Assembly: GCA_016874935.1 (NCBI GenBank)
Contig: VGSS01000003.1
Coordinates: forward strand, 1 to 56,399
DNA from: Deltaproteobacteria bacterium
GTDB lineage: Bacteria; Desulfobacterota; BSN033; UBA1163
DNA: 56,399 nucleotides
Reading direction: 5' to 3'
Shown in pieces: positions 20,682 through 31,062 of the stretch (position 1 is its first letter; every line of letters starts with the position of its first letter). The position numbers and the translations under genes were made by a program. A model generated the notes under the pieces. That model was not told the origin of the DNA, did not search any database, and saw nothing but the letters and a program-made list of their open reading frames with translations.

Positions 20682-21428
20682 ATGGCAGATATGGAAGCAA
20701 AGATCGATCTCGATAACATCGCCATCATTTTAGTGAGGCCCAGATTTCCCGAGAATATGGGTTCGGTGGCGAGGGCGATGAAAAATATGGGGATTCATCG
20801 ATTGATCGTGGTCGATGGGTGCTCTCCTCTACACATGAATGCCTACAAGCTGGCGTCCGGGGCTGAGGAGATTTTAGAAAGGGCTGAGGAATGTCCAACG
20901 CTCAGCGAAGCGATTTCAGGGATGGAGTGTATTGTCGGAACAACTTCGGAGACCGGAAAAGAGAGAACTCCTCTGCTGACCCCTAAAGAATTAGCAACCA
21001 AACTGATTCCCATTTCAAAAAAGAATTTCATCGGTCTGGTGTTTGGTTCAGAAAAGGAAGGGCTGACCAACGAAGAGCTCTCGCTCTGCCACCTCTATGC
21101 CCGAATCCCTTCTTCCGAGTCTTTTCCCTCCCTCAATCTGGCGCAGGCGGTGATGGTTCTCTGTTATGAGCTCTTTCAATCTTCGGCGGCAACCTTAAGG
21201 CAATCAGCCAAGATGGCTTCTTCCGGACAGATGGAGAAGATGTTCGCCCATATGGAGAGCACATTGTTGAGCATTGGTTTTTTAGAGGAGGAAAATCCCA
21301 AGAGGATCATGAGGACGCTGAGGAGACTCTTCGGAAGAAGCCGGATGGAAGAAAGGGATGTCCAAATCCTCCAGGGCATATGGAGCAGGGTGGATTGGAT
21401 ATTAATGAAGGATAAAGGTCGAGGTTAA
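20682..21428 (+). CDS. trmJ: tRNA (C32/U32-2'-O)-methyltransferase, SPOUT family
   Basis: ENMGSVARAMKNMG, LVFGSEKEGLTNEEL, SLNLAQAV. Confidence 0.88.
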   Translation: MADMEAKIDLDNIAIILVRPRFPENMGSVARAMKNMGIHRLIVVDGCSPLHMNAYKLASGAEEILERAEECPTLSEAISGMECIVGTTSETGKERTPLLTPKELATKLIPISKKNFIGLVFGSEKEGLTNEELSLCHLYARIPSSESFPSLNLAQAVMVLCYELFQSSAATLRQSAKMASSGQMEKMFAHMESTLLSIGFLEEENPKRIMRTLRRLFGRSRMEERDVQILQGIWSRVDWILMKDKGRG

Positions 21429-21469
21429 GGTTAAGAGTTAAAGTCTCTCTTAGCCTCAACCTCAGCCTT
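21417..21469. repeat. 6-mer tandem/inverted arms overlapping the trmJ stop
   Basis: ggtcga ggttaa ggttaa facing ttagcc tcaacc tcagcc. Confidence 0.75.
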
Positions 21470-21494
21470 ATATTTAGCATTTGCCGTATTCTCA

Positions 21495-22250
21495 CTACTT
21501 CTTTATGAAGGGTGTGAGGAGGTCGATCGGGACCGGGAAGATAATGGTCGAGTTTTTCTCAGTGGCCACCTCGGTCAAGGTCTGAAGAAATCTCAACTGG
21601 ATTGTGGCCGGATTTTTACTGATGACATCTGCCGCCTCGGCCAATTTTGCAGAGGCCTGGGATTCACCTTCCGCATGGATGATTTTAGCTCTTTTCTCTC
21701 TTTCTGCTTCGGCCTGTTTTGCAATGGCCCTCTGCATCTCTGCGGGTAGATCAACAGACTTGGTTTCTACCAGGGAAACCTTGATGCCCCAGGGATCGGT
21801 GTGAGCATCCAGGATCTCCTGGAGTTGAATGTTGATCTTATCCCGGCGGGAGAGCAAATCATCCAGATCGAACTGACCGACAACACTTCGTAGAGTGGTC
21901 TGGGCAAGCTGGGAGGTGGCATAGAGATAGTTTTCGACTTCAGTCAACGCTTTATTCGGGTCGATCACCCTGAAATAAACCACGGCATTCACCTTGACGG
22001 AGACGTTGTCCCTGGTGATGACATCCTGGGGGGGAATGTCGAGGGTGACGGTCCGGAGGCTTACTTTGATTAACTTATCAATTCCGGGGATGATGATGAT
22101 CAAACCCGGTCCTTTGGCTCCGATCAATCTTCCGAGCCGGAAGACAACGCCCCTTTCATACTCCCTGAGAACCTTGATGGCTGAAGCGGCTAAAATGAAC
22201 AAAAAGACGATGAGAAAAAATAATCCTGACGGCAGTCCTGTCATACCCAT
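21495..22250 (-). CDS. SPFH/stomatin (slipin) family protein
   Basis: [40 protein letters not shown]. Confidence 0.94.
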   Translation of the reverse strand: MGMTGLPSGLFFLIVFLFILAASAIKVLREYERGVVFRLGRLIGAKGPGLIIIIPGIDKLIKVSLRTVTLDIPPQDVITRDNVSVKVNAVVYFRVIDPNKALTEVENYLYATSQLAQTTLRSVVGQFDLDDLLSRRDKINIQLQEILDAHTDPWGIKVSLVETKSVDLPAEMQRAIAKQAEAEREKRAKIIHAEGESQASAKLAEAADVISKNPATIQLRFLQTLTEVATEKNSTIIFPVPIDLLTPFIKK

Positions 22251-22265
22251 TTTGTTTCCTCCTCT

Positions 22266-23552
22266 TTAGATTTTTTTGACTTTCAAGATTAAATTGTTTA
22301 CGCCGATCACCTGAACCTTCTCCCCGACATCGATAGGCTGTTCAGATTCGGCTTTCCAGTATTCTCCATGAATGGCGACCTTTCCTTCCGGGGCGAGACT
22401 AACCACAACGGTTCCTATTTCCCCTACGATTCCCTCCTTTCCTGTGGTCGGTTTGGTCAGGCGCGCCTTGATTGCTTTTGCAACCGCAAAGATGAAGAAG
22501 GCCGCACTGACGGCTACAGCAGGGATGATGACGCTCAAAGAAATCCTCATATAATCGGTGGGAGAATCGATTAACATCAGAGATCCCAGAAAGAGAGAGA
22601 TCACTCCTGCAACAGACAACAGGCCATGGCTCACCACCTTGATTTCAGCGATGAATAGGATGATGGCAAAGAGAATGAGGGCCAGGCCTGCGAAATTGAT
22701 GGGAAGCATCTGAAGGGCGTAAAAAGCAAGGATGAGAAATATCGCTCCGACCACTCCGGGAAGGATGGACCCCGGGTTCGATAGCTCGAAGAAGATGCCA
22801 TAAATCCCGAGCATCAGCAGGATATAAGCAATGGAGGGGTTTGAGATGATGTCCAGAAAGCGGTAACGCCAGCTCATCTCAAGGGATCGTGGTTTAACCC
22901 CCTTGGTCAAAAGGGTACGGGTGACTCCGTCAAATTTGATCACTTTTCCGTCGATCTTGCTGAGAAGGTCTTGAATATCCGGACTGATGAAATCGACCAC
23001 ATTCAATTTGACTGCTTCCTCTTCTGTAATGGAAACGCTTTTTCTGACTGCCTTTTCCCCCCAGTCAACGTTTCTTCCCCTTGTTTTGGCGATCGTCTTG
23101 ATATAGGAGACCGTATCGTTGACGATCTTTTCACTCATCGTTTTGCTCTCTTTTCCCTCTCCGAGTGAAACAGGGTGTGCCGCTCCGATGTGGGTGCCGG
23201 GAGCCATCACTGCAATATGCGCTGCCATCGTGATAAAGACACCGGCAGAGGCGGCCCTTCCTCCGCTCGGTCCCACATAGACGATGATAGGTATGGCGGA
23301 GGTCATGATTCTTTTGATGATGAGCCTCATCGACTCCATCAGGCCTCCCGGGGTGTCGAGCTGGATAATAAGGCATTGAGCCCCTTTCTCAATGGCCTGA
23401 TCGATCGATTCTGTGATGAATTTGGAGGTGGCCGGGTTAATGATCCCGTCCACTTCAATGACATAAACCGGAGCCTTCTCCTGGGAATAGACGGGGACTC
23501 CTGCGAATAGCAGGATGAAAATGGATAGAATAAATAGGTAGAATCGTTTCAA
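22266..23552 (-). CDS. nfeD: NfeD membrane-bound ClpP-class protease
   Basis: LDTPGG, AASAG, IGAAHPV, TM helices and a C-terminal OB domain; operon partner of the SPFH gene. Confidence 0.92.
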   Translation of the reverse strand: MKRFYLFILSIFILLFAGVPVYSQEKAPVYVIEVDGIINPATSKFITESIDQAIEKGAQCLIIQLDTPGGLMESMRLIIKRIMTSAIPIIVYVGPSGGRAASAGVFITMAAHIAVMAPGTHIGAAHPVSLGEGKESKTMSEKIVNDTVSYIKTIAKTRGRNVDWGEKAVRKSVSITEEEAVKLNVVDFISPDIQDLLSKIDGKVIKFDGVTRTLLTKGVKPRSLEMSWRYRFLDIISNPSIAYILLMLGIYGIFFELSNPGSILPGVVGAIFLILAFYALQMLPINFAGLALILFAIILFIAEIKVVSHGLLSVAGVISLFLGSLMLIDSPTDYMRISLSVIIPAVAVSAAFFIFAVAKAIKARLTKPTTGKEGIVGEIGTVVVSLAPEGKVAIHGEYWKAESEQPIDVGEKVQVIGVNNLILKVKKI

Positions 23553-23626
23553 AATTTTGTCTCCTTTTTAGACAGAATATCCCAAAATGCAGGGATTGTC
23601 AAATTGTAGAAAACCTTCCTCTTTTT

Positions 23627-24382
23627 CTAAATCGTCACTTTCATCATATCTTCGGCCAGAATGACCTCTCCCGGGTAGACCTGTCTGCACTGGTTTAAAA
23701 TGTCATATTGGTCACAGATGGGATAGAGGTGGGTGAGGAGCAATCTTTTACAGCGGGATTCTTGTGCAATTCTTCCGGCGAGAGAGGGAGTGAGATGGCC
23801 ATCCACCTTTTTTTCATCGGGGAAGGAACATTCCAGGACGAGGAGATCTGCCTCAGAGGCGAGGTTCACAATATTTTCACAGTAGTCCGTATCGCCGGAG
23901 ATGACAATCGACTTTCCATCTCTCCATTCGATTCGATAACCAACACTCTCCGGAAGATGAACCATGGGTTCCGAGAGAATCTTCATCTCTCCAAAGAGGA
24001 GAGGTTTTGAAGAGACTTCCTTGATCGTTAAATGGTAGGCGCGGGGTTCGATCCAGGAACCATAGAGATCCCTCATCTTATCGAAATGGCGTCTGAATCC
24101 ATGTCCTCCTGCGCAGATCAGCTCTTTTTCACGTGGAAGGTCTCCGTATTTACATGCAAAGAGGATCGGGACGAGATCTGCGGTATGATCGGGGTGGATA
24201 TGTGTGTAGAGGAGGAGATCGATATCCCGGTAGGTGGCCTCCAGCTTCAACATCGTTCTCAGAGTACCGGACCCGCTGTCGATTAAAATTTGGGAATTTC
24301 CCGAGAAGAGAAGGAGGCCAGGAGCCCCCCTCCTTAAAGAGGGAACTCCTGTTCCTGAGCCGAGAATAATCAGTTCAGACAA
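23627..24382 (-). CDS. Metallo-beta-lactamase fold hydrolase, RNase Z/BN-like
   Basis: LGSGTGVP, THIHPDH (HxHxDH), SGDT, LECSF, THLYP. Confidence 0.85.
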   Translation of the reverse strand: MSELIILGSGTGVPSLRRGAPGLLLFSGNSQILIDSGSGTLRTMLKLEATYRDIDLLLYTHIHPDHTADLVPILFACKYGDLPREKELICAGGHGFRRHFDKMRDLYGSWIEPRAYHLTIKEVSSKPLLFGEMKILSEPMVHLPESVGYRIEWRDGKSIVISGDTDYCENIVNLASEADLLVLECSFPDEKKVDGHLTPSLAGRIAQESRCKRLLLTHLYPICDQYDILNQCRQVYPGEVILAEDMMKVTI

Positions 24383-24488
24383 TCTTTTTCCTCAAGTGAT
24401 GGAATAAAATTAAAACTAACACAAAATGAAAATATTTTAAACCCGAATCAATTGACATCCTGAGGTTTTTTAAATTATGGTGGAAGCA

Positions 24489-25547
24489 ATGACAAAAACC
24501 GGAAGCATGGTCGAAATCGACGGTTCTTATGGAGAAGGAGGAGGGCAGATATTAAGAACCGGTCTCGCTTACTCCGCCATCCTGAGTAAGCCGATTAAAA
24601 TTACTCGTATCCGGGCGGGACGGAAAAATCCGGGACTACAGCCCCAGCACCTGAAAAGCATAGAAGCGCTGGCAAAGATTACAAAAGCCAGAACAGATGG
24701 GGTTAAAATCGGGTCGAATGGCATTACCTTTATCCCCGAAGAGATTGTTCCCGGTCACTACGAATTCGACATAGGAACAGCAGGCTCTGTGACACTTCTT
24801 CTTCAGACGCTTCTTCTTCCCCTTTCTCTTTGTCAATTGAGTTCCAGTTTAGTTCTGACAGGGGGGACGCATGTGGAGTGGAGTCCCCCTTTTGGTTATC
24901 TCTCCGAAATTCTTTTCCCTCCACTTGCTTCGATGGGGATTCAAGCAAAGGCTGAGATCGGAAAGTGGGGTTGGTATCCAAGGGGGGGCGGCCGAATAGA
25001 GATTGAGATTCATCCCGCTTCTGATTTGAGCCCTGTCTTATTGAACCATCGTGGTTTCCTGAAGAGAATTTATGGCATTTCGGCTATCTCCAATCTTCCG
25101 AACCATGTGGCTGAGAGGCAGAGGGACCGTGCCTTGAAAAGAATAGAAAGGGATTTGAAGCTGGAAGCAGAAATTGAGATTCTTTCTGAGATTCCTTCGA
25201 GTGGTCCGGGATCGTTCCTCTTTCTTGTTGCCGAATCAGAGGGAGTGAAGGCAGGGTTCTCATCCCTGGGAAGAAAGGGGAAGAGGGCAGAGGAGGTGGC
25301 TGACGAGGCGGTCGATTCCCTGAAGGAGTATATGGAGTCTGACGGCTGTGTCGATCCTCATCTGGCAGACCAGCTCGTTCCATTTATGGCGTTTGCGAAG
25401 GGAAGTTCCTCTTTCACCACCACCCGTATTACCGAACACCTATTGACGAATCTCTGGGTCATTGAACACTTCCTGAAAATTTCCGTATCGAGATCGGGAA
25501 ATAAGGGAGAAAGAGGGAGGATTGACTTGATTCCTGCATCGTATTAA
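24489..25547 (+). CDS. rtcA: RNA 3'-terminal phosphate cyclase
   Basis: IDGSYGEGGGQILRT, PGLQPQH, GWYPRGGG and catalytic His in DPHLADQL. Confidence 0.95.
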   Translation: MTKTGSMVEIDGSYGEGGGQILRTGLAYSAILSKPIKITRIRAGRKNPGLQPQHLKSIEALAKITKARTDGVKIGSNGITFIPEEIVPGHYEFDIGTAGSVTLLLQTLLLPLSLCQLSSSLVLTGGTHVEWSPPFGYLSEILFPPLASMGIQAKAEIGKWGWYPRGGGRIEIEIHPASDLSPVLLNHRGFLKRIYGISAISNLPNHVAERQRDRALKRIERDLKLEAEIEILSEIPSSGPGSFLFLVAESEGVKAGFSSLGRKGKRAEEVADEAVDSLKEYMESDGCVDPHLADQLVPFMAFAKGSSSFTTTRITEHLLTNLWVIEHFLKISVSRSGNKGERGRIDLIPASY

Positions 25548-25569
25548 AATTGGAATAAAGGAGGGATCC

Positions 25570-27243
25570 ATTAGCAAGATTTTCGGGAATACCGTAGGCT
25601 TAAAAGCCAATCAAATCCGGAGGATCGAATATATCTACCGGAGGAAGATCCCGCCTCAGAAGATCGTCACTCCTGAAGTCGCACGCCTTTTGATAGAACT
25701 TTCGAATGAAATCCGTCGCCAGATCGGCATCCTTGTCGGAAGGAGAGGGTCGATTGAGATGGTCGTGGTCGGAGACCAGAGAGGGATAACGATCCCAGAT
25801 CTCTCCAGGTACCGGTCTGGAATTCCGCGTTTGAGGGGGTTGCGGCTAATACACACGCATCTTAAGGGAGAACCTCTAACAGAAGAAGATCTGACCGATC
25901 TCGCCCTCTTAAGGCTGGACATGATGGTTGCCCTGTTTGCCGATGGCAAGGGAGACCAAGAATCGGTCCACTCGGCTCATCTGCTTCCTGACAATCCCGA
26001 AAAGAGGGTGTGGGAGATCAACCCCCCGTCTTCGTTGAGGCAGTTGGATATCGATTTTCAAAAGTGGGTTCAGTCTCTCGAAGATCAATTTCAAAAGGGC
26101 CAGAGGGCGCTCTCCATTAGAGGGCCACGGGAAAAGGCCATCCTCCTATCGGTCAGCAGGGAGAAAAAGGAGATTTTGGAGAACTCGATGGAGGAGTTAA
26201 GAGACCTGACAGAATCGAGCGGCGTACGGGTGGCCGAAACCATCATCCAGAGGCCACAGAACATCTCCCAGTCCACCTTGATCGGAGAGGGGAAGTTAAA
26301 AGAGTTGCTCGTAAAATGTATGCAATTGGGGGTGGATCTGATCATCTTCGATCAGGACCTGACGCCCGGCCAGTTGGTCTCAATCTCTGACCGGACGGAA
26401 TTGAGAGTGATCGATCGGACGCAGCTCATTCTCGACATCTTTGCCCAGAGGGCCCATACAAGGGATGGCAAGACTCAGGTTGAACTGGCCCAGTTGAAAT
26501 ACCTCCTCCCGCGCCTGTCCAGAAAAACATTAGCCCTTTCAAGGCTAACCGGAGGAATTGGGGGCCGGGGACCGGGCGAGACAAAACTTGAGATTGATCG
26601 CCGGAGGGCGAGGGACAGGATCCATCTTCTTGAGAGGGAGCTGGAGAGTTTGAGCCGGAGGAGAGAGCAGAGAAGGGTTCTTCGGAAAAGGGCTGGAATC
26701 CCCGTCCTTTCGGTCATTGGATATACCAATGCCGGGAAGTCAACCCTTTTTAATCTTTTGACGAAAAGCCAGTTCAATATGGAGAATAAACTCTTTGCCA
26801 CGCTGGATACGGCCACACGAAGATTGAGGCTAATGAACTCCCTCCTGATGATGAAAAGGCAAGATGAAGTAGTGATCACCGATACGGTCGGTTTTATTAA
26901 GGACTTGCCCAGAGACCTGATGGGAGCCTTTCGACCCACCTTCGATGAGCTCAGGGAATCCGACTTATTGATTCATCTGGTCGATGTCAGCAGTCCGAGG
27001 CGTTATGATCACATGGAGGCGGTCGAAAAGATCCTTCTTGAACTGGGGCTGGAGGAGATTCCCAGATTTCTCGTTTTTAATAAAGAGGACAAATTGGATC
27101 AGGAGGAGGCGAGGGCGCTTTGCAAGAGATATGGAGCGGTTTCGATCTCTGCCCTCCGGCCTGAAAGCCTTGAGGATTTTTTTGAAGCTCTGGAAAAAAA
27201 GTTATGGGAGATCCGATCGCTTGGTCAAAAAATAAAAGTCTAA
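25570..27243 (+). CDS. hflX: GTPase HflX, long N-terminal form, probable ATT start
   Basis: GPGETKLE, GYTNAGKST, LFATLD, DTVGFI, NKED. Frame is open 40 codons upstream of TTG 25690, with AAGGAGG before ATT 25570. Confidence 0.93.
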   Translation: MSKIFGNTVGLKANQIRRIEYIYRRKIPPQKIVTPEVARLLIELSNEIRRQIGILVGRRGSIEMVVVGDQRGITIPDLSRYRSGIPRLRGLRLIHTHLKGEPLTEEDLTDLALLRLDMMVALFADGKGDQESVHSAHLLPDNPEKRVWEINPPSSLRQLDIDFQKWVQSLEDQFQKGQRALSIRGPREKAILLSVSREKKEILENSMEELRDLTESSGVRVAETIIQRPQNISQSTLIGEGKLKELLVKCMQLGVDLIIFDQDLTPGQLVSISDRTELRVIDRTQLILDIFAQRAHTRDGKTQVELAQLKYLLPRLSRKTLALSRLTGGIGGRGPGETKLEIDRRRARDRIHLLERELESLSRRREQRRVLRKRAGIPVLSVIGYTNAGKSTLFNLLTKSQFNMENKLFATLDTATRRLRLMNSLLMMKRQDEVVITDTVGFIKDLPRDLMGAFRPTFDELRESDLLIHLVDVSSPRRYDHMEAVEKILLELGLEEIPRFLVFNKEDKLDQEEARALCKRYGAVSISALRPESLEDFFEALEKKLWEIRSLGQKIKV

Positions 27244-27245
27244 CG

Positions 27246-27420
27246 GTAAGGATCGCAAAGGCCGTATCGTTACATTGGAAATGACGTTTGTCGTTGTCGA
27301 AGCCCTGTACCATGATAGGTTCAGGGCGAAGCTCGTATCGAGACTCGTGGATCGAATCTGGATGCTCGATCATCGCTTTTCGAGCCTCTTGCTTCGATAC
27401 GAGCATCGTCACCCATAACC
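27246..27420. repeat. Composite repeat: diverged ~100-bp family start, GCCCTGTACC-N6-GGTTCAGGGC hairpin, period-7 TCG tract
   Basis: Hairpin at 27302-27327; gctcgtatcga...tcgatacgagc enclosing tcgNNNN heptamers. Confidence 0.7.
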
Positions 27421-27459
27421 GTTTGACTATAAGAATAAACGCCAACCAAACGACACCGG

Positions 27460-27488
27460 TTGACAAAGTGGGTTTGGTCTGATATATG
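27460..27488 (+). promoter_or_regulatory. Possible sigma70 promoter of guaB
   Basis: TTGACA-N17-TATATG with TG upstream of the -10. Confidence 0.45.
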
Positions 27489-27519
27489 AATAAAATCTTT
27501 CATATGGAGAGGATAGAGG

Positions 27520-28989
27520 ATGGAGAACCATCTGAACCATATTCCGGAATATCTCACTTTCGATGATGTCTTACTGATCCCCAATTTTTCGGGGGTCCTG
27601 CCAAAAGAGGTTGATATCAGCACGCAATTGACGCGAGAAATCCGTTTGAACATCCCTCTGGTCAGCGCCGCCATGGATACGGTGACTGAGGCGAGGACAG
27701 CCATTGCTATGGCTCAGGAGGGGGGAGTAGGCATCATCCACCGCAATCTCTCCATCACTAATCAAGCCACAGAAGTGGACAAGGTGAAGAAATCGGAAAG
27801 CGGAATGATCCTCCATCCCATCACCATGCATCCCGAACAGAGGATCCATGAAGCCTTGGAGGTCATGAGGAAATACCGGATCTCAGGGGTTCCCATCACC
27901 AAAGAGGGAAAGCTTGTCGGAATCCTCACCAACCGAGATCTCCGGTTTGAGAAGAGACTGGACGAGAAGATTTCGACGGTGATGACAAAGGACCGGCTCA
28001 TTACCGTGCCCGTGGGCACAACGCTCGATCAGGCCAAGGAGATCCTCCATAAGAACAGGATCGAGAAATTACTGGTCGTTGATGAGCATAATAACCTGAA
28101 AGGTTTGATTACGATCAAAGACATCGAAAAGATAAGAAAATACCCAAATTCGTGCAAAGACTCCCATGGCCGACTCCGGGTAGGAGCGGCAATCGGGCCG
28201 GGAAAGGACAGGGAGCAGAGAACAGAGGCGCTCATCCAGGCGGGGCTCGATGTCCTGGTCATCGATACCGCCCATGGCCATACGAAGGATGTCCTGGAGG
28301 CGATCCGTGACACGAAAAAGAATTTCCCGAATTGTCAGCTGATCGGCGGAAACATCGCTACGAAAGAGGGGATGCTCGATCTGATCAAAGCCGGGGTCGA
28401 CGGCGTCAAGGTCGGGGTAGGGCCAGGGTCGATCTGCACCACACGGATCGTCGCAGGAGTGGGCGTTCCCCAGCTCTCCGCGATTCTGGAGGTTGCCGAG
28501 GTCTCAAAGAAGCATGAAGTGCCCCTCATCGCCGACGGAGGCATTAAATTCTCCGGGGACGTCACCAAGGCCCTTGCGGCAGGAGCCCATTCGGCGATGA
28601 TCGGGAATCTTTTTGCCGGCGCTGACGAAAGCCCCGGTGAAATTGTGCTCTATCAAGGGCGAAGCTATAAGGTTTATCGGGGCATGGGATCTCTGGAGGC
28701 GATGAAGGAGGGGAGCAAGGATCGATATATGCAGGCGGATGTGGAGAGCGAAACGAAACTGGTTCCCGAAGGGATAGAGGGAAGGGTTCCGTATCGAGGG
28801 GCCATCTCTTTCTGCATCGATCAGCTCATCGGCGGGCTAAAGGCGGGCATGGGATATATGGGGGCGAAGGATATTGAGGAGTTGCGAAAAAAGGCCAGGT
28901 TCATCCGGATCACCTCCTCGGGATTGAAAGAGAGCCATGTCCATGATGTCATCATCACCAAGGAAGCTCCGAATTACCGACTGGAGTAG
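27520..28989 (+). CDS. guaB: IMP dehydrogenase
   Basis: [20 protein letters not shown] pair, [15 protein letters not shown]. Confidence 0.98.
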   Translation: MENHLNHIPEYLTFDDVLLIPNFSGVLPKEVDISTQLTREIRLNIPLVSAAMDTVTEARTAIAMAQEGGVGIIHRNLSITNQATEVDKVKKSESGMILHPITMHPEQRIHEALEVMRKYRISGVPITKEGKLVGILTNRDLRFEKRLDEKISTVMTKDRLITVPVGTTLDQAKEILHKNRIEKLLVVDEHNNLKGLITIKDIEKIRKYPNSCKDSHGRLRVGAAIGPGKDREQRTEALIQAGLDVLVIDTAHGHTKDVLEAIRDTKKNFPNCQLIGGNIATKEGMLDLIKAGVDGVKVGVGPGSICTTRIVAGVGVPQLSAILEVAEVSKKHEVPLIADGGIKFSGDVTKALAAGAHSAMIGNLFAGADESPGEIVLYQGRSYKVYRGMGSLEAMKEGSKDRYMQADVESETKLVPEGIEGRVPYRGAISFCIDQLIGGLKAGMGYMGAKDIEELRKKARFIRITSSGLKESHVHDVIITKEAPNYRLE

Positions 28990-28991
28990 AC

Positions 28992-29087
28992 TCCGTTAGA
29001 AAGGATGGGGATTTACCCCCCCCCTTTTCTAAGATGAATATTATTATTTTTATGATTCCCGCCATGATGTCGGGATTTTCTAACGGG
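28992..29087. mobile_element. Miniature (T/C)CCGTTAGAAA...TTTCTAACGGG element, copy 2
   Basis: Inverted ends flanked by gtagac and gtagaa. Confidence 0.65.
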
Positions 29088-29109
29088 GTAGAAAGGGGAA
29101 GGGTTCACC

Positions 29110-31050
29110 TTGAAAAAGACCATTTTACTCTTCCTCGTCATCATCCTCTCCCTGCTCTACTATCTGGGCTTTCTGACCCGAAAAGAGACTCTTCCGTTAT
29201 CGAAGGAATTCTTTTCCGCAGAGAGTCCCTCCTCGGGTGAACAGGCCCTGGATCTCAAAGGGGTGGGGTTGATCAAATCGAAGATAGCGGAAGGGAAACC
29301 GCTTTCGTTTGACGAGAAAGAGTTGGATCAGCTCTACCAACTGAAATTGGACAGGGGGATCCGGAACCTATCCGCTCTTTCTTTATTACTGACCCGGAAG
29401 GCCAAACAGGCCAGAGAAGCAGGCGACCTAAGTCGGGCCATTGAACTGGCGACCTATGCCAACACACTCTCGCCCGACGTTCCCCAACCCTATTTCGAAC
29501 TGGCCCGATCCCGCTTCCAAAACAAGCCGTTTCAACTCGATGAGGTTCTTCCTGAAATCCTTAAGGGATACAGGGCGAAGTTCCGCAATTATCCCGCTTC
29601 TCTGACCCTCTTTTACCATATCTTCTATATTTTCTCCAACGCCATCCTGATGGCTTTCATCATTTTCGGCATCGTCATCCTCTGGAAATACTTCCCCCTC
29701 TATTTCTATGACATCCGGAGAAATTTAACACAGAAGGTTTCCATTCTCTTCGTCAACGGCCTGAAGGTCTTCATCCTTTTCATTCCGTTCTTCCTGCGTC
29801 TCGATATCTTGTGGGCCATCCTCTTCTGGTCCATTCTGTTGTGGGGCTATGTGCCGGCAAAGGAGAGGCAATTTGCTGTAGTCTTTCTGATTGTATTAGT
29901 CTATCTTCCCTTCTTTCTCCGAACTTCCTCCTCTTTTTTAAACGGGCCTGATTCGGATATCATTCTGGAGATGAATGAGGCCAACCATGAAAACTGGGAT
30001 AAGGGGACTGAGGAGAAATTGAAGGCCTGGTCGCTCTCCCGTTCCGATGACCTGGGAGCCCTCTTCACCCTGGGCCTGGTCGAGAAGAAGCAGGGACGCT
30101 ACCCTCAGGCCGAAGACTTTTACCGGAGGGCGATCGAACGCGATCCAAATTTGAGCGATGCCTATTCCAATCTGGGAAATGTTTATCTGGCACAGAAGCA
30201 AATCCAGTTGGCCATTGCCTCCTATCAGCGGGCAATCGAGCTCAATCCGGATAAAGGATCCTACTACTACAATCTCTATCGCGCCTATACCCAGGAGACC
30301 TTTCTCTCCGAAAAGTCGGACAGGGCCTTCCAGAGGGCCAGACAACTCGATCCCGGATTAATCCAGTATTATTCCGCGATCGATTCTTCCAACATGAACC
30401 GGCTGGTGATCGATGAGGTCCTGAACACGCAAATGTTCTGGAGCAGATTTCTGGACCAGTATACCGGAAGGGAGGGATTATTATACCGCCTCTTTAATGC
30501 CTGGTTTGAGGGAATTCCTTCGGCCCTTCCTCTTCTGGCGCCCATTCTCTTCCTGGCCTTTCTCATCGGGATGTCGAGATATTCCAGGGCGAAGCGTTTC
30601 TTAACCCGGTGTCCCATGTGCGGAAGCGCCACCTATCGGTTCTATTTAGGCGCTTCGGAAACCCCGGAGCAGGAAATCATCTGTTTTAACTGTTATCGGC
30701 TTTTTGTCCAGAAAGAGAAGCTCCATCCCAAGATCATGGAGAAGAAATCCCTCCAGGCCAAATCATTTCAAAAGCAGAACCATTTTACAGGGAAATTTCT
30801 TTCCTACTTCCTGATTGGGTTCGTCGACCTGTGGAGAGGAGATCCGTTAAAGGGCCTCCTGCTCCTCTCACTCTTTTTCATCTTCATCCTGAGGTTTGTC
30901 TTCTGGAGCGGGGTTCTCCCGGAGTCGGGCCTGCAATCATCATTTTCCTATTGGGGTCTCTTTGTCTGGGGAGGTTTCTTCGGCCTGTTCTACTTCATCT
31001 CCTGTCGGCGGGTGCGGCGGCAAAAACCGGAGTTCGAGATCCCCAAATAA
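29110..31050 (+). CDS. Polytopic membrane protein with TPR repeats and CxxC...CxxC zinc-ribbon
   Basis: Several hydrophobic helices, TPRs (ALFTLG...AYSNLGNVY...YYYNL), RCPMCG...CFNC. Confidence 0.8.
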   Translation: MKKTILLFLVIILSLLYYLGFLTRKETLPLSKEFFSAESPSSGEQALDLKGVGLIKSKIAEGKPLSFDEKELDQLYQLKLDRGIRNLSALSLLLTRKAKQAREAGDLSRAIELATYANTLSPDVPQPYFELARSRFQNKPFQLDEVLPEILKGYRAKFRNYPASLTLFYHIFYIFSNAILMAFIIFGIVILWKYFPLYFYDIRRNLTQKVSILFVNGLKVFILFIPFFLRLDILWAILFWSILLWGYVPAKERQFAVVFLIVLVYLPFFLRTSSSFLNGPDSDIILEMNEANHENWDKGTEEKLKAWSLSRSDDLGALFTLGLVEKKQGRYPQAEDFYRRAIERDPNLSDAYSNLGNVYLAQKQIQLAIASYQRAIELNPDKGSYYYNLYRAYTQETFLSEKSDRAFQRARQLDPGLIQYYSAIDSSNMNRLVIDEVLNTQMFWSRFLDQYTGREGLLYRLFNAWFEGIPSALPLLAPILFLAFLIGMSRYSRAKRFLTRCPMCGSATYRFYLGASETPEQEIICFNCYRLFVQKEKLHPKIMEKKSLQAKSFQKQNHFTGKFLSYFLIGFVDLWRGDPLKGLLLLSLFFIFILRFVFWSGVLPESGLQSSFSYWGLFVWGGFFGLFYFISCRRVRRQKPEFEIPK

Positions 31051-31062
31051 GAGGAGAAATCG

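Noticed and set aside
26830-26862. Extra residues MNSLLMM in the HflX G-domain as a repeat insertion
   Set aside because: No palindrome or match to the window's repeat families; likely ordinary loop variation.
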